A stretch of 63,553 bases of DNA, counting the filler, from Perkinsus olseni (taxonomy: Eukaryota): NCBI GenBank assembly GCA_013115125.1. It is 29 parts of 29 records of this genome, joined end to end, with 100 filler letters (N's around TTAATTAATTAA, not from the genome) between each part and the next. Parts side by side here need not be neighbours in the genome. Positions count along the whole stretch, not along the records: positions 61,522 to 63,553 come from JABANN010001665.1; 28 more parts are not named here. One strand, given 5' to 3'. The notes under the pieces were generated by a model. That model did not search any database. It saw only the letters and a list, made by a program, of their open reading frames with translations, and had not been told where the DNA came from. Below are positions 61,422 to 63,553 of this stretch, piece after piece (within the stretch, counting starts at the first letter, position 1; the number at the start of each line of letters is the position of its first letter). A program made the translations under genes and the position numbers.

Positions 61422-62989
61422 NNNNNNNNNNNNNNNNNNNNNNNNNNNNNNNNNNNNNNNNNNNNTTAATTAATTAANNNNNNNNNNNNNNNNNNNNNNN
61501 NNNNNNNNNNNNNNNNNNNNNTTAGCTAGGAGGATAGTTCTTTGTCTTGCTGTTACCATATCTTATTCAGACTATCACCCAAAGTTAACGCGTCAGTCGT
61601 TCATTTCGGCCTACCGATAAGCCTGCCATCAACGATCACTGTACTTGCCGTCGTTAAATTGAACTGGTGTATAACTCTGATGGTCTGCAAACATTGACTA
61701 CACAGCAGCTAGCATGCAATGGTTCACTTTCATGCTATACATACCAAAAGATGCACACGAAATGATAGCAACAAATACCAATAACGACAACTCGTGATAC
61801 TCAGGATTCGACAACTTGCCAATAGAGGCAATCACCAGAAAATACTCGAGGTTGATTCTTCAAATCGACTCAGTGGCGGCAGTGGTGATGGAGGTTGACG
61901 GTGACGAGCTGCCGCAGCCGTAGACGTACTTCTCGAGCCTTTCTTTGAGCCTCTGGTCGCCTTCGGTCCCTCGGATTAGATCTTCCCTCATGATCTGCGT
62001 GATGGGTATGCCCTCGTCAATGCCAGAGAAGTCGTTGTTAGCCTGACGTTGTTCGGCATGTAACTTGTCAAGTCGTCGCTTCTTGTGTACTGCTTGCAAC
62101 TCGCTGCGAATTCTCGTTATCGACGGCTGCCATTGGGAACAGAATCACGCAAAACATCAGCAATAACAGCGACGAAAGACGTGCGAATAAATCAGAATCA
62201 ACTCACGTCAGAAGCCTCCTTGAAAGGGTCTGGGGAAGATGCCCTTTCATGTCGGCGGACCTCAGCTAGCCTGCTCGCCGCTAGTTTGACAGTCTCCATG
62301 GCCGAACGAGGCGATCCCATCGACTCACTGTGAGGGAAAGTCGAATCTTCGATGGTCGGCGCAGGCATTCAGTAGGGTTCAAACTGTCTTAGCCTTGATT
62401 TCCGGAGGGGTTCAAAATCGATAATGATAGTTGATAATGTTCATGCATTTGCAAGAAAGATTCGAGTCTGCGCGTGCGCGACGCCCGTTTTGTCGCTCTG
62501 CTACGATTATCGGAGAATATGCAGAACTGTTGCTGACGAGTTAACCACACCTTCTGAACACTCGACAACCGCGAGTGGCGGGTTATTGCCTAACACTCAT
62601 CCGCTATCACCATTGTGACGTCACGGCCTGCTGGTGGAAAATACTTTCTCTCACTACGGAATAACGCAACAAGGTGAGAGATATCCGCCCGCTACAGCTA
62701 AGTGTTGAAACATCGCTCGAGCCTCCTGCCCTCAGTGATGTCAATCGTTCAAGATGGAGTCGAACAAAGGGGGTGATATATACATTGACTACGTGACGGC
62801 CATAAAGAAGCGGCTGCGCAAAAAAGGACGTTAATGGTGAGCGTTCGACTAAAGCAGAGCTCTAAGACTGCGATAACTGTATAAAAGACGTTCCAGACTG
62901 TTTGCCCTCAAAGACTCGCTGACAGGTCGATCAGGACAGTGACCACCCCTGAGTTATGTGAACGTAACGCCAGGAAAATGTTTGAGCAC

Positions 62990-63553
62990 TCACCTCTTCT
63001 CTATGGCGTCACACACGGTTTCTTTGAAAGGCTTTTTCCCATAGAAATCAAAAGGAATCCCGTCGATAGTAGACCACGGAGTGTACCCATGAGGAGGCTG
63101 GAGCTCCCCCGTTTCTGGACAAACACGGAATCCACTGCTAGCAAGGGTTCGTGGGGTGAACTTCACGCTCACTTTACCCTTGGCAAATTCTGCTACGATA
63201 TCCCAAGACTCGTCCCCATCCCTGCAGGCATAAACCTCATGAAGCTGCGGAAGACCCTCATTGGCTGAGAAAAAAGATGATCAGGCAACACCTTCGCAAC
63301 GGGCTTACCGGTGGTATTCCACTTATTACTGCCCTTGTGAATATCGACCTCTTCGTTGTAGATGGCCTTGAATGTTTGAAGCTGATTGCCTCCTCCTTTC
63401 TTGATGACACATCCCTGGAAACGGTTTATCGTGCACTCAAGTTCGCCATGCTGGCAACTGTACTGCTTGGTTTCCGGATTGTACCTGTGCCGAGTTTTCC
63501 CCAGGAATGCAGCCAAAGCGTTTTACCCGGCGTTTCCGAAGGGAACGAGCTTC
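62990..63553 (-). CDS. GILT (gamma-interferon-inducible lysosomal thiol reductase)-like protein, partial, multi-exon
   Basis: KLVPFGNA, a short intron, YSCQHGELECTINRFQGC (GILT signature CQHGxxECxxNxxxxC), and later YTPWSTIDG. Confidence 0.85.

Larger units (their letters stand above)
2142..61521. other. 28 artificial contig-joining spacers (N44-TTAATTAATTAA-N44)
   Basis: Identical 100-bp spacer at 2142, 4377, 6608, 8835, 11062, 13287, 15506, 17725, 19939, 22151, 24362, 26572, 28776, 30978, 33177, 35373, 37565, 39751, 41936, 44120, 46304, 48483, 50662, 52833, 54994, 57154, 59289 and 61422. It has stops in all six frames. Intervening contig lengths never increase, going from 2141 to 2032 bp. 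Confidence 0.99.

Noticed and set aside
2142-61521. Regularly spaced TTAATTAATTAA palindrome as a biological repeat or array
   Set aside because: Always centred in 88 Ns with six-frame stops between size-sorted contigs, so it is an assembly linker.

Overview
This window is not a contiguous locus. It is 29 unrelated contigs of about 2.0-2.15 kb, sorted by decreasing length and joined by an artificial 100-bp spacer (44 N + TTAATTAATTAA + 44 N), so gene neighbourhood across spacers means nothing. The DNA is eukaryotic, with short GT-AG introns, a CDPK, and signal-peptide and Cys-rich secreted proteins. It is most consistent with a Perkinsus-like alveolate (inference). Host gene fragments include a type I asparaginase, NEK-like kinase, CDPK, GT61 glycosyltransferase, AIF/AMID-like oxidoreductase, SDR, NmrA-like protein, S28 peptidase exon, CEBPZ/Mak21 and GILT. 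About half the contigs are mobile elements: MULEs (one next to a divergent Ulp1-like protease), PIF/Harbinger, BEL/Pao-like and Ty3-like LTR elements, a tyrosine-recombinase (DIRS/Ngaro-type) retroelement, and non-LTR elements, some with RNase H. The strongest sequence-level observations are: a complete -1 frameshift cassette (G GGA AAC plus an H-type pseudoknot) between gag and pol; two tail-to-tail Harbinger ends at CWG sites; two contigs that look like collapsed tandem gene-array units; a tRNA-like Pol III unit; structured retroelement 3' ends; and an orphan AT-rich, Cys-rich ORF of about 700 codons. No multi-gene novel system can be established because contigs are only about 2 kb.
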